Shown: positions 1 to 8,412 of the stretch, piece by piece
How the letters are laid out: each line of letters opens with the position of its first letter
How positions within the stretch are numbered: the first letter of the stretch is position 1
Virus record (IMG/VR): IMGVR_UViG_3300027805_000006
Strand: one strand, 5' to 3'
Length of the DNA stretch: 64,000 nucleotides
Source of the DNA: a virus
Taxonomy: Duplodnaviria; Caudoviricetes
Position numbers and translations under genes: made by a program
Notes under the pieces: generated by a model
The model's database searches: none
What the model was told of the DNA's origin: nothing
The model's input: only the letters and a program-made list of their open reading frames with translations

Positions 1-365
1 TGAATACCCAGCAGGTCACCAATGTCGCGTCCTTCTTGGATGTCAATCGGTTCAATTTTTCCATATACAGCACTAATTGGAATTAGCAAACCCTGTGATA
101 CCTGACCCCGCAACTTGGCGGTACGCAGGCGTTCACCCTTGACACCATTGAACTCGCGGGGTTCGCTACCCTTGCTCAGGAACGGTGCCAGTTCGTGTGG
201 AACCCAACTGTCAATTTCTAGGTAAACAGCAAGATCACCTGCTGCGAATTCACCGCGTTTTACTACGACCTTCCAGCCGCCAACAGTGGCAACTTCAATT
301 GCATCAGCACCGTCAATAGGGTCGATGGCATCAATTCGCCGTATACTTGCAAGTTTTCTTTCCAT
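1..365 (-). CDS. RNA ligase, DRB0094 family (5' part; runs off window start)
   Basis: Manual translation MERKLASIRRIDAIDPIDGADAIEVATVGGWKVVVKRGEF...YLEIDSWVP...RLRTAKLRGQVSQGLL matches the N-terminal domain of DRB0094-type RNA ligases; AGGA RBS before ATG at 365; not in ORF track. Confidence 0.85.
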   Translation of the reverse strand, partial: MERKLASIRRIDAIDPIDGADAIEVATVGGWKVVVKRGEFAAGDLAVYLEIDSWVPHELAPFLSKGSEPREFNGVKGERLRTAKLRGQVSQGLLIPISAVYGKIEPIDIQEGRDIGDLLGI

Positions 366-390
366 ATGCATCCTTTTATCCAATAAGGAT

Positions 391-419
391 ATTATAACAT
401 GGTTATGCTAAAATGTTAA
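391..419 (-). promoter_or_regulatory. sigma70-type early promoter for RNA ligase
   Basis: Minus strand TTAACA-N17-TATAAT upstream of the ATG at 365. Confidence 0.55.
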
Positions 420-452
420 TTGAAAAATTGTAACTAGAAATATTAATTGTAA

Positions 453-872
453 CTAGAGTTGGTCAGACATTCCTTGTGAATGTAATTCTCTTTTCATCTT
501 AAGAAATAGAAGAATATTGAAGCAACGACAGTGAGTTTCAAGTGGCATATCAGGAGAAATCATTGTCACGCTTCTTAAGAAGAAACCCGCTCTCCACGCT
601 GGGCCCCATACAAAAGGTGCATTTATAGAAACAGTCATTCCTAGGCGGCTCTCAAGGGAAGAGATAGCATTTAGGTCAGTTAGATAGTTCTTGTTTTCAA
701 CGGCATGACTTCCTAAAGCGTCAGCAATAAATTCAACCAAATGATTTGACTTTGCTGCTTTTTCCCAGTTATCAATTAATGTTTCGGTTACCGCATTTGC
801 GATTTCATGCATAGAAACTTTTGGATGGCGTGCTCGTTGACCACGAGGAGCAAATTCTATAATTTCAGCCAT
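453..872 (-). CDS. hypothetical protein (139 aa)
   Basis: Co-oriented ORF, tightly packed, no recognisable motif. Confidence 0.7.
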   Translation of the reverse strand: MAEIIEFAPRGQRARHPKVSMHEIANAVTETLIDNWEKAAKSNHLVEFIADALGSHAVENKNYLTDLNAISSLESRLGMTVSINAPFVWGPAWRAGFFLRSVTMISPDMPLETHCRCFNILLFLKMKRELHSQGMSDQL

Positions 873-889
873 AATTGTATATGCGCTGG

Positions 890-1063
890 TTATGCTATTC
901 GCTTAGCCACTTCTTTGTGTAACTCGAACCAGACGCTTATTTTTCTCTTCAGTTCTATCACTGAGCCTGGACGATTTATATCAGACGCAACCTCAACTAC
1001 CGCTTGAGCAGCATTTCTTTCTTTTCGCTTTTGGACGTAGAAGTGGAAGTCGTATAGTTGCAT
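890..1063 (-). CDS. small hypothetical protein (57 aa)
   Basis: Manual ORF MQLYDFHFYVQKRKERNAAQ...KEVAKRIA fills the gap between ligase and 453..872. Confidence 0.55.
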   Translation of the reverse strand: MQLYDFHFYVQKRKERNAAQAVVEVASDINRPGSVIELKRKISVWFELHKEVAKRIA

Positions 1064-1085
1064 TGTCGATTTTAGTTATAACCTT

Positions 1086-2372
1086 TTATTTATCATCTCT
1101 GACATGCATGAAGACGGGAAATCGGAGGCTCATTTCCTTAGCATTTTTAGCCATGGACTTCTCTTGATACTTGATGGTCACGGTTTTACCGATGAAATTC
1201 TTTTGATTTTCCCAGATTTCAGCCCTCATCTCATCGCTGAAGCCGCTACCAACATTTACGTCAAATGAGATACCCTTCTCATCCACGCCGCGAACGCAGA
1301 TACCGCCAAGGGTGCCTTCAAGACGGGACTTGGCCCTACCAGGATAGACAGCATAAACCTGCCCATCGACGTCGTGCATTCGCTTCACCTTACACCAATC
1401 AATGGTCCTGGCCCATTGATAGGGCGCATTCCAGTTCTTGAGGATAAGCCCTTCCTGTTTGTGCACGTCGATTACCTCATTGCAGTAGGCAATCATGTCC
1501 TGATAGTCCCTGACCTCTCGCCCTTCGGACAGAATGACCTTTGTGCACTTGGCTTCCTTGATGAGAAAGTCAAGGCGCTGTCTGGTATCGCGCATCGTGA
1601 TGCTTGTCTTCTGCACCATCCAGTCTTCAAGTGGCATCATGAAGAAGGCACGCAAACGAAGGTTTGCCTTGGCAGTATCATTGCCTTCCTTTTTTGCATT
1701 CATTGTTTCAGTGAAGTCGGACGCGAATGCCTCACCATCCAGCACAAAGTCAGTTGCAATGCGAGCGCGGATAGCCGTCAAGTCTTCATCAAACAGACCG
1801 TTGAGGTGCTCAGACGGCTTTCCACTCCGCGCTCGGTACTCAACTGGCTGCCCAGCACGCACGATTGCAATGGTGCGATTTCCATCATACTTTACATCGG
1901 CTTGGCAGGGGAAAGACACCTGCTCCTCAAACTCTTCTGCAGTCTCGCACTTATCAGCAAGCATCACCTCAAAGGTAGGAATGACCTTTTCCTTCCAGAC
2001 CTTGTTTGCAGTCTCGGCACTGAAGCCGCACCGCAGGTCCTTGTCAAGAACACGTGTAAGATACGCCGCATCTTCTGCGCTGTAAAGAGACAGCGTTTGA
2101 GTGACGGCTGCGCGGGCGGCATCTCCAGTGAGGAAGCGATTGGAGAGCCTATGGAGCAGAGACATGAACGGCTGTGGTGAAGATTCGCCCTTAGTTGGAT
2201 GAGTAGGCGGATCAAAAAGCCGAACACCAAAAGTCATGTACGGGTTGAGAGCGGCGGTGATGAGGGCCTTGGCCTCACCATCAGCGGTGGCAAGAGCGGC
2301 CTGAATGGCCTTTTTGGTGCCTGCGCCTTCGGCCTTCTCACACTCCTTGATTACCTGAACAAAGTTGGTCAT
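1086..2372 (-). CDS. lig: ATP-dependent DNA ligase (T4 gp30-like)
   Basis: KYDG adenylation motif I, VLDGE motif III, EGLILK motif IV, WCKVK motif V, C-terminal OB fold ending LRFPVF. Confidence 0.95.
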   Translation of the reverse strand: MTNFVQVIKECEKAEGAGTKKAIQAALATADGEAKALITAALNPYMTFGVRLFDPPTHPTKGESSPQPFMSLLHRLSNRFLTGDAARAAVTQTLSLYSAEDAAYLTRVLDKDLRCGFSAETANKVWKEKVIPTFEVMLADKCETAEEFEEQVSFPCQADVKYDGNRTIAIVRAGQPVEYRARSGKPSEHLNGLFDEDLTAIRARIATDFVLDGEAFASDFTETMNAKKEGNDTAKANLRLRAFFMMPLEDWMVQKTSITMRDTRQRLDFLIKEAKCTKVILSEGREVRDYQDMIAYCNEVIDVHKQEGLILKNWNAPYQWARTIDWCKVKRMHDVDGQVYAVYPGRAKSRLEGTLGGICVRGVDEKGISFDVNVGSGFSDEMRAEIWENQKNFIGKTVTIKYQEKSMAKNAKEMSLRFPVFMHVRDDK

Positions 2373-2377
2373 AGTGG

Positions 2378-2902
2378 TTACTCCATGTCTCCAATAACTT
2401 CAGCAATATACTCTCGATCGTTCTGCTCCAATTTTGAAATTGCCTTCAACAGCCGAGCAACCTTTTCCTTGGTGCTGACAATGTTGTTCTTGCGCTTCTT
2501 CTTGTGGAGGTCAAGTGAAGTCAAATCGTATGTGTGCTTGGTCTTTGGCTGAAGATCAAGTACGCCCATAACCTCAGCCCATTCCTTACCGTGTGGCTTC
2601 ACCTTCTTGCCGTTCATCGGCTTACTGTCATAGACGTGATGGGCTACCAGGTGGGCTACCTCGTGCGGAACCGTACTAGCAAGAAAGTCCTTTTCATTTT
2701 CTACGAGGAAGGTCAAGTTCAAGCGAATGAGGTTGCGGTGCAACCACGCTTCCCCGCCATTTGTGTTGCGGATGTCGAAACGAACTTCTGGCCGCGGGAA
2801 CTTTTTCTTGTAGTGCTTCTCGGCTTTAACAAAGGATTCCTCCACTGCCATACCTACTTTTTGACGCAGAGAGGGGGTGAGGAGAAGTTCTTTAGAAGAC
2901 AT
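2378..2902 (-). CDS. SprT-like zinc metalloprotease
   Basis: HEVAH zincin motif, HGKEW, NGGEA; start moved to ATG 2902 because the track's TTG overlaps the promoter -10. Confidence 0.85.
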   Translation of the reverse strand: MSSKELLLTPSLRQKVGMAVEESFVKAEKHYKKKFPRPEVRFDIRNTNGGEAWLHRNLIRLNLTFLVENEKDFLASTVPHEVAHLVAHHVYDSKPMNGKKVKPHGKEWAEVMGVLDLQPKTKHTYDLTSLDLHKKKRKNNIVSTKEKVARLLKAISKLEQNDREYIAEVIGDME

Positions 2903-2934
2903 TTTGAGGTGTTCCGTATTCAACTGATAGATCA

Positions 2935-2963
2935 ATTATACACATTCTAGGGTAAAAGTAAAC
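2935..2963 (-). promoter_or_regulatory. T4-type early promoter
   Basis: Minus strand GTTTAC-N17-TATAAT matches the T4 early promoter consensus. Confidence 0.75.
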
Positions 2964-3110
2964 ATAAAAAGTGTAATATTTGTTACAGAATTTGTAAAAA
3001 TGCCTCTTTTTATGATGTAAATAATCTAACAAAAATCAAGGTACTGATTAACAGATACCTGAACCGTGCAAATTATAACAATAAAAATAAGAATCTAAGG
3101 AGATTATACC

Positions 3111-3560
3111 TTGTCCAAGAAGAAAATTCCTGACCTCTTCATTGAGCGGGCTGAAGACCGTGGCAATTTTTTCTATGTTAGCGTACTAGAATATAAGAGA
3201 GAAAACTATCTTGTCGTTGTTGACAACATTGGAACTGATGAGTTAGGTGCATACGTTCTAGACTATGCTCAACAAGAGGGAATTAGACTAAAGGACCTCC
3301 TCACGGCTGTTACGTTTTGGTTTTACCGCGGGTCATACAACTACCCAGTATCATTTGAATTCTCTAGACTTGGAATTTCAAAGTATACTAACAGAATCTA
3401 TAAGACCTTTGAACTTGCACACGTCACGCGCCTTATTGGCAAGGACTTTAAATACGACCTTCTTTCACCACCAAAGGTAAGAAGAAGGCGCGTATCTAAG
3501 ATACCTGCTGGCTTTGAAATCAAGTTGAAGAAAACTTCAATTTCACAATCTACAGTTTAA
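3111..3560 (+). CDS. hypothetical protein, basic C-terminus (149 aa)
   Basis: TTG start with AAGGAG RBS; divergent from the ligase operon; one of only two plus-strand genes. Confidence 0.75.
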   Translation: MSKKKIPDLFIERAEDRGNFFYVSVLEYKRENYLVVVDNIGTDELGAYVLDYAQQEGIRLKDLLTAVTFWFYRGSYNYPVSFEFSRLGISKYTNRIYKTFELAHVTRLIGKDFKYDLLSPPKVRRRRVSKIPAGFEIKLKKTSISQSTV

Positions 3561-3710
3561 CTACTGCAGCGTTGTTGATTCAATTGTGGTTTGATACTTT
3601 CGTTGCAGGGCGGTAAATACCGCTTCTTCTAGCCAGCGTGCCTCCGCGTCTGACAGTTCTTCATCTTCAATCTTTCCAGCCCACCACAATGCAAAGCGCT
3701 CTTCAGTCAT
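3561..3710 (-). CDS. small hypothetical protein (49 aa)
   Basis: Manual ORF MTEERFALWWAGKIEDEELS...STTLQ; AAGGA RBS and own early promoter. Confidence 0.6.
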   Translation of the reverse strand: MTEERFALWWAGKIEDEELSDAEARWLEEAVFTALQRKYQTTIESTTLQ

Positions 3711-3730
3711 TGGTGTTTTCCTTTAAAGAT

Positions 3731-3759
3731 ATTGTACTACATCTACCCAGGTTGTACAC
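3731..3759 (-). promoter_or_regulatory. T4-type early promoter
   Basis: Minus strand GTGTAC-N17-TACAAT; spacer nearly identical to the one at 4133-4161. Confidence 0.7.
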
Positions 3760-3775
3760 AGGAAAAGTGTAACCA

Positions 3776-4126
3776 TTACCTTTCCATCGAGCGTTCCCAC
3801 TCGATGGTATCCTCTTCAGAGTACGCATCAGAGCCGTATGCGGGGAAGGTTTCCTCCCATCGGTCGAATGCGACAGGGTTCTTGCCTTGTGATAGGCGGG
3901 TGGTTAGAGCATTCACCTGCTTCTCGACACGAGCGAACACCTCGGCTTCCTGCGAGTGGTGGAGCGTAACGACATGCCAGCGCTTACGGTTGCCCTCGGT
4001 GTCCTCAGCGACTACGTAACCGGCAATACCGAAGATGTGACCTTGCTGGTTGACGTAGTCAGCCATCTCGGGGTTCGACCCGATAACCACCACATCGGTC
4101 GATGCAGAGAAGTGGGAGATGTTCAT
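3776..4126 (-). CDS. hypothetical early protein
   Basis: Start reassigned to MNISHF (ATG 4126); directly under an early promoter. Confidence 0.7.
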   Translation of the reverse strand: MNISHFSASTDVVVIGSNPEMADYVNQQGHIFGIAGYVVAEDTEGNRKRWHVVTLHHSQEAEVFARVEKQVNALTTRLSQGKNPVAFDRWEETFPAYGSDAYSEEDTIEWERSMER

Positions 4127-4132
4127 GGATGT

Positions 4133-4161
4133 ATAGTAACACACCTACCCAGGTTGTACAT
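4133..4161 (-). promoter_or_regulatory. T4-type early promoter (predicted leaderless transcript)
   Basis: Minus strand ATGTAC-N17-TACTAT; -10 ends 7 nt before the ATG. Confidence 0.65.
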
Positions 4162-4183
4162 AGCCAGGGGCTAAATGGAGCAC

Positions 4184-4208
4184 AAAAGTGTTACTTTTTA
4201 ACACTTTT
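4184..4208. terminator. AT-rich inverted repeat (terminator or operator)
   Basis: AAAAGTGTTA-CTTTT-TAACACTTTT downstream of the DnaE-like C-fragment. Confidence 0.5.
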
Positions 4209-4225
4209 TTCACTCCTGTAACTAG

Positions 4226-4810
4226 TTACAGTCTTCCCTGCTCAATTAGATGTAACTGAAGTACCACAACCAGACTGTAGGCTAAACTGTGACTTTTCTT
4301 GAATTGATAGCCTTCATCATCCTTTGCATAGAGTACTCGCCGGCAAGCTTCTTTTTCCTTTAGATAAAGCCCGACCAGTGCTTTTTTCGCAGGCCTGATT
4401 AGCGCCATGCAATCAGCTAATTCCTCGATGCTCTTTGGCTTGACCTTCTGTAAAAGGTCGCCGTGTTTTGCAAGTTGGAACAACTTTGGGTGAGTTGATG
4501 GAAGTTGTAAAAGTGTCCAGTCGGGTTCTTTCTTCAGCAGTTCTTCTATCTCGCTTCGCGAAGAGAAAAGAGAATAGAAATTTAAATGAAGAAAATCTAC
4601 CTTAAGGTACCCTAGCTCTTCAGCTGCTTCATATGGAACTGCTGCTAACTTCGTGAATGGGTCAACTGCAATCGCCTGCGGATAAACACCGACAGGGTGT
4701 GGCTGTACCTTACCATCCTTCATCACTGATGCACGCACCCACGGGAAGTAATTCTCAGGGTTGAAGCTTGGTGCAGTGTCAATATCAACGTCGCCTCTAC
4801 TTATTGACAT
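4226..4810 (-). CDS. dnaE: DNA polymerase III alpha (DnaE)-like catalytic C-fragment
   Basis: GDVDID corresponds to DnaE PDxDxD, KVDFLHL to KxDFLGL (third catalytic Asp), YQFKKSHSLAY to YGFNKSHxxAY. Confidence 0.85.
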   Translation of the reverse strand: MSISRGDVDIDTAPSFNPENYFPWVRASVMKDGKVQPHPVGVYPQAIAVDPFTKLAAVPYEAAEELGYLKVDFLHLNFYSLFSSRSEIEELLKKEPDWTLLQLPSTHPKLFQLAKHGDLLQKVKPKSIEELADCMALIRPAKKALVGLYLKEKEACRRVLYAKDDEGYQFKKSHSLAYSLVVVLQLHLIEQGRL

Positions 4811-4831
4811 ACATACTCCATAAATCAGACT

Positions 4832-5482
4832 TTACCATGTATCGTCTACCTCCACATCTCCCAACCAATCCTGCCGTTCATCGAAATCACGTTCTCCAGT
4901 AGGAGAAATGAACTGCTCGTTGAGACCTGAGGGCAACATGTTTTCTATAACAACTGTTTTATTCTTGTCCGTCTTTAACTGTGCTGGCAAAGAGGAACGC
5001 TCTCCTGTTGTGAGATCAAGCAGCTGCAAATTAAACAGCTTTGGTCTCTTCTGAAGTGAGATGAGTAAATCCTCCCCATCCTTGAATAAAGTACCACCTA
5101 ACTGATATGCATCGCCAAGAACTATTGGTAGCTGAGATAAATCCTTCATATGGAGAATAAGATGGGCTGAGGCGGATGTCTTCCTAAACTTGGGCTGAGT
5201 ATAGATTACCTCTAGCATATTATACTGTTTTCCGCTGATATTTGTTTCCTTAAACTTGATCCATCCTACAAGTTGCCCCTTTTTCATAAGAGCAAAGAAT
5301 GAGTTCTTGTCACCGTCCTTCTTTATCACCATGCCATGCGGAAGCTTTTTGAAGGTAGGCAGCCTAGAGAAATGCTCAGCAAAGGAATCTAGTTCCTTCT
5401 CCGTATATTCAGTGTATTGAACACCAGTAAAAGTAATCTCAGTTAACTTCATGCTATTCTCTTTTAAAGATGATAACCTCAA
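4832..5482 (-). CDS. hypothetical protein, possible GNAT-fold acetyltransferase, with MKLxEI motif
   Basis: LVGWIKF...LEVIYTQPKFRKTS resembles GNAT motif A; start may be 5482 or 5452 (MKLTEIT). Confidence 0.55.
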   Translation of the reverse strand: MRLSSLKENSMKLTEITFTGVQYTEYTEKELDSFAEHFSRLPTFKKLPHGMVIKKDGDKNSFFALMKKGQLVGWIKFKETNISGKQYNMLEVIYTQPKFRKTSASAHLILHMKDLSQLPIVLGDAYQLGGTLFKDGEDLLISLQKRPKLFNLQLLDLTTGERSSLPAQLKTDKNKTVVIENMLPSGLNEQFISPTGERDFDERQDWLGDVEVDDTW

Positions 5483-5679
5483 TGCGAACCACTACGCAAC
5501 CTAGCTACTACTTGTGGCAAAGCTTCTTTCCATTTTAGCCCAGCCTGTGGGTCATCGGTGTCACAAATGAGGGTGTCAAACCAACCTTTTTGTACCGCGT
5601 ACAAGTTCAGCATTACATTTGAGAATACTGCTGAATAGAAGCGGCCGCTGTTTTCATCCATTCCTGTGCACGTGTTCAT
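5479..5679 (-). CDS. hypothetical protein (66 aa)
   Basis: 4-nt overlaps with both neighbours (translational coupling). Confidence 0.65.
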   Translation of the reverse strand: MNTCTGMDENSGRFYSAVFSNVMLNLYAVQKGWFDTLICDTDDPQAGLKWKEALPQVVARLRSGSH

Positions 5680-6419
5680 AGCCCTACGAGTTTAGCGCCT
5701 TCTGAAAATTCCTTGAAGAGGCCGGGCTCTTGTGAAATTCTGGTATATGCAGCACCTGCATTGAGCGCATCAGTAAGCGCATCTCGCTCATCACCACTGA
5801 TGCTCAAGATATATTCCCTGAATTTTGCAGATGCAAGCAGGAACCAATATGTCAATTTTCGCCTCTTAATTAGTTCCACCAAGGTTTCAACACCTACTTT
5901 TGGATAGATATTAGGGAGTGGTACCTTCAGTTCTCTAGACAGTTCTTCAAGAAGTTCTAGACTTTGGAAGAACTGCTCTTGTGGAGTAACCGCTGCATCA
6001 TAACTCTTTAGATAAAGAGAATACACATTATCACGACACCACAAAACGGGAGGAACATTCCCATTTTCAACCATCAGCCTTATGAATTGCTTGACGTTGG
6101 GGATGTGTGTTTTTGTTGCGTGTTTGGCAAATTTGATGAATTGTCCGTAGAACTTACTTTGGGAAAAGGTGTCAATAGCCGGCACGGTGTGCTTTTGCGC
6201 TCGCATCCATTCTGAATAGTACGAGTACGCGGCTTGCCCAACAGGACTCCTAATTTCTTCATGGCGCAGTTTCTCCTTACAGTTATGAGACATAAAAACT
6301 TTTTCGGACATAAATGCCCGCTCGCAATAACTACAGAACCATTTTGGCTTTTTGCCCTCTCCATCTTGGTTGTAATTTCTGCGGGCCGTTGCCTTATTTC
6401 TTAGTTCTTCGCGTGTCAT
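5676..6419 (-). CDS. hypothetical protein with N-terminal zinc finger
   Basis: WFCSYCERAFMSEKVFMSHNC (C2H2/C2HC-type). Confidence 0.7.
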   Translation of the reverse strand: MTREELRNKATARRNYNQDGEGKKPKWFCSYCERAFMSEKVFMSHNCKEKLRHEEIRSPVGQAAYSYYSEWMRAQKHTVPAIDTFSQSKFYGQFIKFAKHATKTHIPNVKQFIRLMVENGNVPPVLWCRDNVYSLYLKSYDAAVTPQEQFFQSLELLEELSRELKVPLPNIYPKVGVETLVELIKRRKLTYWFLLASAKFREYILSISGDERDALTDALNAGAAYTRISQEPGLFKEFSEGAKLVGL

Positions 6420-6970
6420 CAGATGCTCTTTATGACGTAGCCAACAGGTAGTGTGTCAAGCCCCTCTTGCAGGGTGTTGGTCCAGTAGCTATTTTGCGGT
6501 AGCTCTTCCCTCGTGAGGAGCCATTCGGTGGCGAAGTCAGTCTTGTCACCGCGGTGAACGTGCAAGAACCCACCCTCTGCTCTGAATACACGCTGCGTGA
6601 TGAAGGAGTAAATGCGCTCCTTGCGCTCGTGCTGATCTTGGTCCTTGGAATGTCGTGGTTCAGCCGTGAAGAATAGAGCGTCCATGTCGTGCTCACGCCA
6701 CACCTTGCGAACTGCGTTTAGCACCACGCCGTAGACCTTTACTGGAACTTCCTCTTGGCCTTCATGTGTTGAGTAGGCATCATCACCCTTCCTGTCCGTC
6801 CTGAAGAACGAGACCTCGTAAGTCCTCAAACGTGGAACGGCTGGTGCAGCGATCTTACTTAGCTGCACAGTAAAGAGTTGGTCACCCCATTTGAAATTTC
6901 CTTGCCGGCCCCAGTCTGTCTTATAGAGAATATCCGGGATCTCACTGTCAAGGATTTCTTGCATCTTCAT
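6419..6970 (-). CDS. hypothetical protein with MKMQEIL..E motif
   Basis: Coupled ORF; N-terminus resembles the 52-59 kb family. Confidence 0.7.
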   Translation of the reverse strand: MKMQEILDSEIPDILYKTDWGRQGNFKWGDQLFTVQLSKIAAPAVPRLRTYEVSFFRTDRKGDDAYSTHEGQEEVPVKVYGVVLNAVRKVWREHDMDALFFTAEPRHSKDQDQHERKERIYSFITQRVFRAEGGFLHVHRGDKTDFATEWLLTREELPQNSYWTNTLQEGLDTLPVGYVIKSI

Positions 6971-7422
6971 TCCAACTCCTTCTTCAACTTCTTAACCTGT
7001 TCAGCATCCCATCCAAGTTCTTCAGCCATATCAACTAAATCTGTCGGTTTTACTAAAGTGTAGTGCTGTGCTTCACGGGTAGAACAATCAAAGTACTGCT
7101 TGATGACCTCGATAGAGAGACGATTATTTTTACTTCCTGGTGACTTTAGCCAAGAATACCTCTTTTTACTTCTTGTTGTTGATGCAGCAAGAAGTTTGAA
7201 AAGAAGTGATTTTTCGGCACCTAGTTGGAAAATATAACGGTTGGCAAAGGTATTTATCCTCACAATTTGGGCAGGGTCATTTGTTCCACACAGCCATCGC
7301 ATGATGACGAGTGGTGATGCTGCCTTTTTACCTTCTTCAGAGAGACTATCATACCACCTTAGGTCTCCTTCTGTAAGAGAATCTAGGGCTTTGAAGAGGT
7401 CAAATGCTTCGCGGTTTGCCAT
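6967..7422 (-). CDS. clamp loader small subunit (T4 gp62-like)
   Basis: Directly downstream of the gp44-like gene; SPLVIMRWL...N.F.N...RYSWLK...IKQYFDCSTREA pattern. Confidence 0.7.
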   Translation of the reverse strand: MANREAFDLFKALDSLTEGDLRWYDSLSEEGKKAASPLVIMRWLCGTNDPAQIVRINTFANRYIFQLGAEKSLLFKLLAASTTRSKKRYSWLKSPGSKNNRLSIEVIKQYFDCSTREAQHYTLVKPTDLVDMAEELGWDAEQVKKLKKELE

Positions 7423-8336
7423 TACTCAACCAGAAGGCTAAGTTCAATCATAAGCGCCGCCACGTTGATCTCGGGATCTGCTACGAAACCGTGCCGATAG
7501 GCGTACTCGGCAATCTTCACGATAGCCTCGTCCTGTGCTTTAATTTTCTTGCTCTTTGAGATATTCTCATAGAGGAACTTATAAATGTCCTGCAGTTCTT
7601 CCTTACTTGATTTTTCACATACCAACTTGCGAATTGACTTAAAGTCAGATTTGTCTAGCAAAGGGAATATTTCAAACTTCCAATCTGCGGCACCTTCGCT
7701 ACTTGCAATAACGAGTGAGCCGTGCTGTGAGTTTTGTTCTAGAAGGTGAATGATTTTTCTGAAGTCGGGGTATGCTACATTGATAACCTTTTCGAGGTCT
7801 TCAACTTGGAATTGTACATTCTGCTTTTCCAGAATTTCTGCGCACCGAATGGCTACTTGATTTATGTCTGGAGCATTGAATTGAAATTCCTGAAAGCGAG
7901 AACGCAGCGGTGGAATTACCTTGTTGATGTAGTTGCAGGTAGCAATAAACCGGCACGATGATGGGGCTTCATCAATAAGGGCACGCAGGAGGGCTTGGGC
8001 ATCAATTGACAGATGGTCAAACTCTTCAAGTTGAATTACCTTGTACTTACTAACAGGGTAGGTATGAGCAAAGCCCTTTACCTTATCGCGCATTGCATCA
8101 ATTTTCTCATCAGAACAGTTGATGCGCAGAATGTCAATTGCATCTACATCTAGGTCTCGGCACAGGGCTTTAGACACAGACGTCTTACCAGTGCCTGGCC
8201 GACCGCATAGCAGCAGATTTGGAAAATTTCCTTCTGCTACATACCCCTTGAAAGTTGCAGCAATCCGCCCATCTGAGAAGATGACGTCTTCGACAGAATA
8301 TGGAGAATGAACAATAATCCAAGGCTTCTTGACCAT
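7422..8336 (-). CDS. clamp loader AAA+ subunit (RFC small / T4 gp44-like)
   Basis: Walker A GRPGTGKT, INCSDE, Walker B LEEFD, ATCNY, PLRSRF arginine finger. Confidence 0.92.
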   Translation of the reverse strand: MVKKPWIIVHSPYSVEDVIFSDGRIAATFKGYVAEGNFPNLLLCGRPGTGKTSVSKALCRDLDVDAIDILRINCSDEKIDAMRDKVKGFAHTYPVSKYKVIQLEEFDHLSIDAQALLRALIDEAPSSCRFIATCNYINKVIPPLRSRFQEFQFNAPDINQVAIRCAEILEKQNVQFQVEDLEKVINVAYPDFRKIIHLLEQNSQHGSLVIASSEGAADWKFEIFPLLDKSDFKSIRKLVCEKSSKEELQDIYKFLYENISKSKKIKAQDEAIVKIAEYAYRHGFVADPEINVAALMIELSLLVE

Positions 8337-8412
8337 TTTGCAATCCTTTGTGTTTAGATAAAAAGGATTATACCTTTTTTCAGGACCTGTGTGTCTGCTC
8401 TATAAAGGATGA

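Noticed and set aside
4066-4085. GGGTTCGACCC as a tRNA T-loop
   Set aside because: Lies inside a CDS and no cloverleaf or acceptor stem could be built; no tRNA found in the window by eye.
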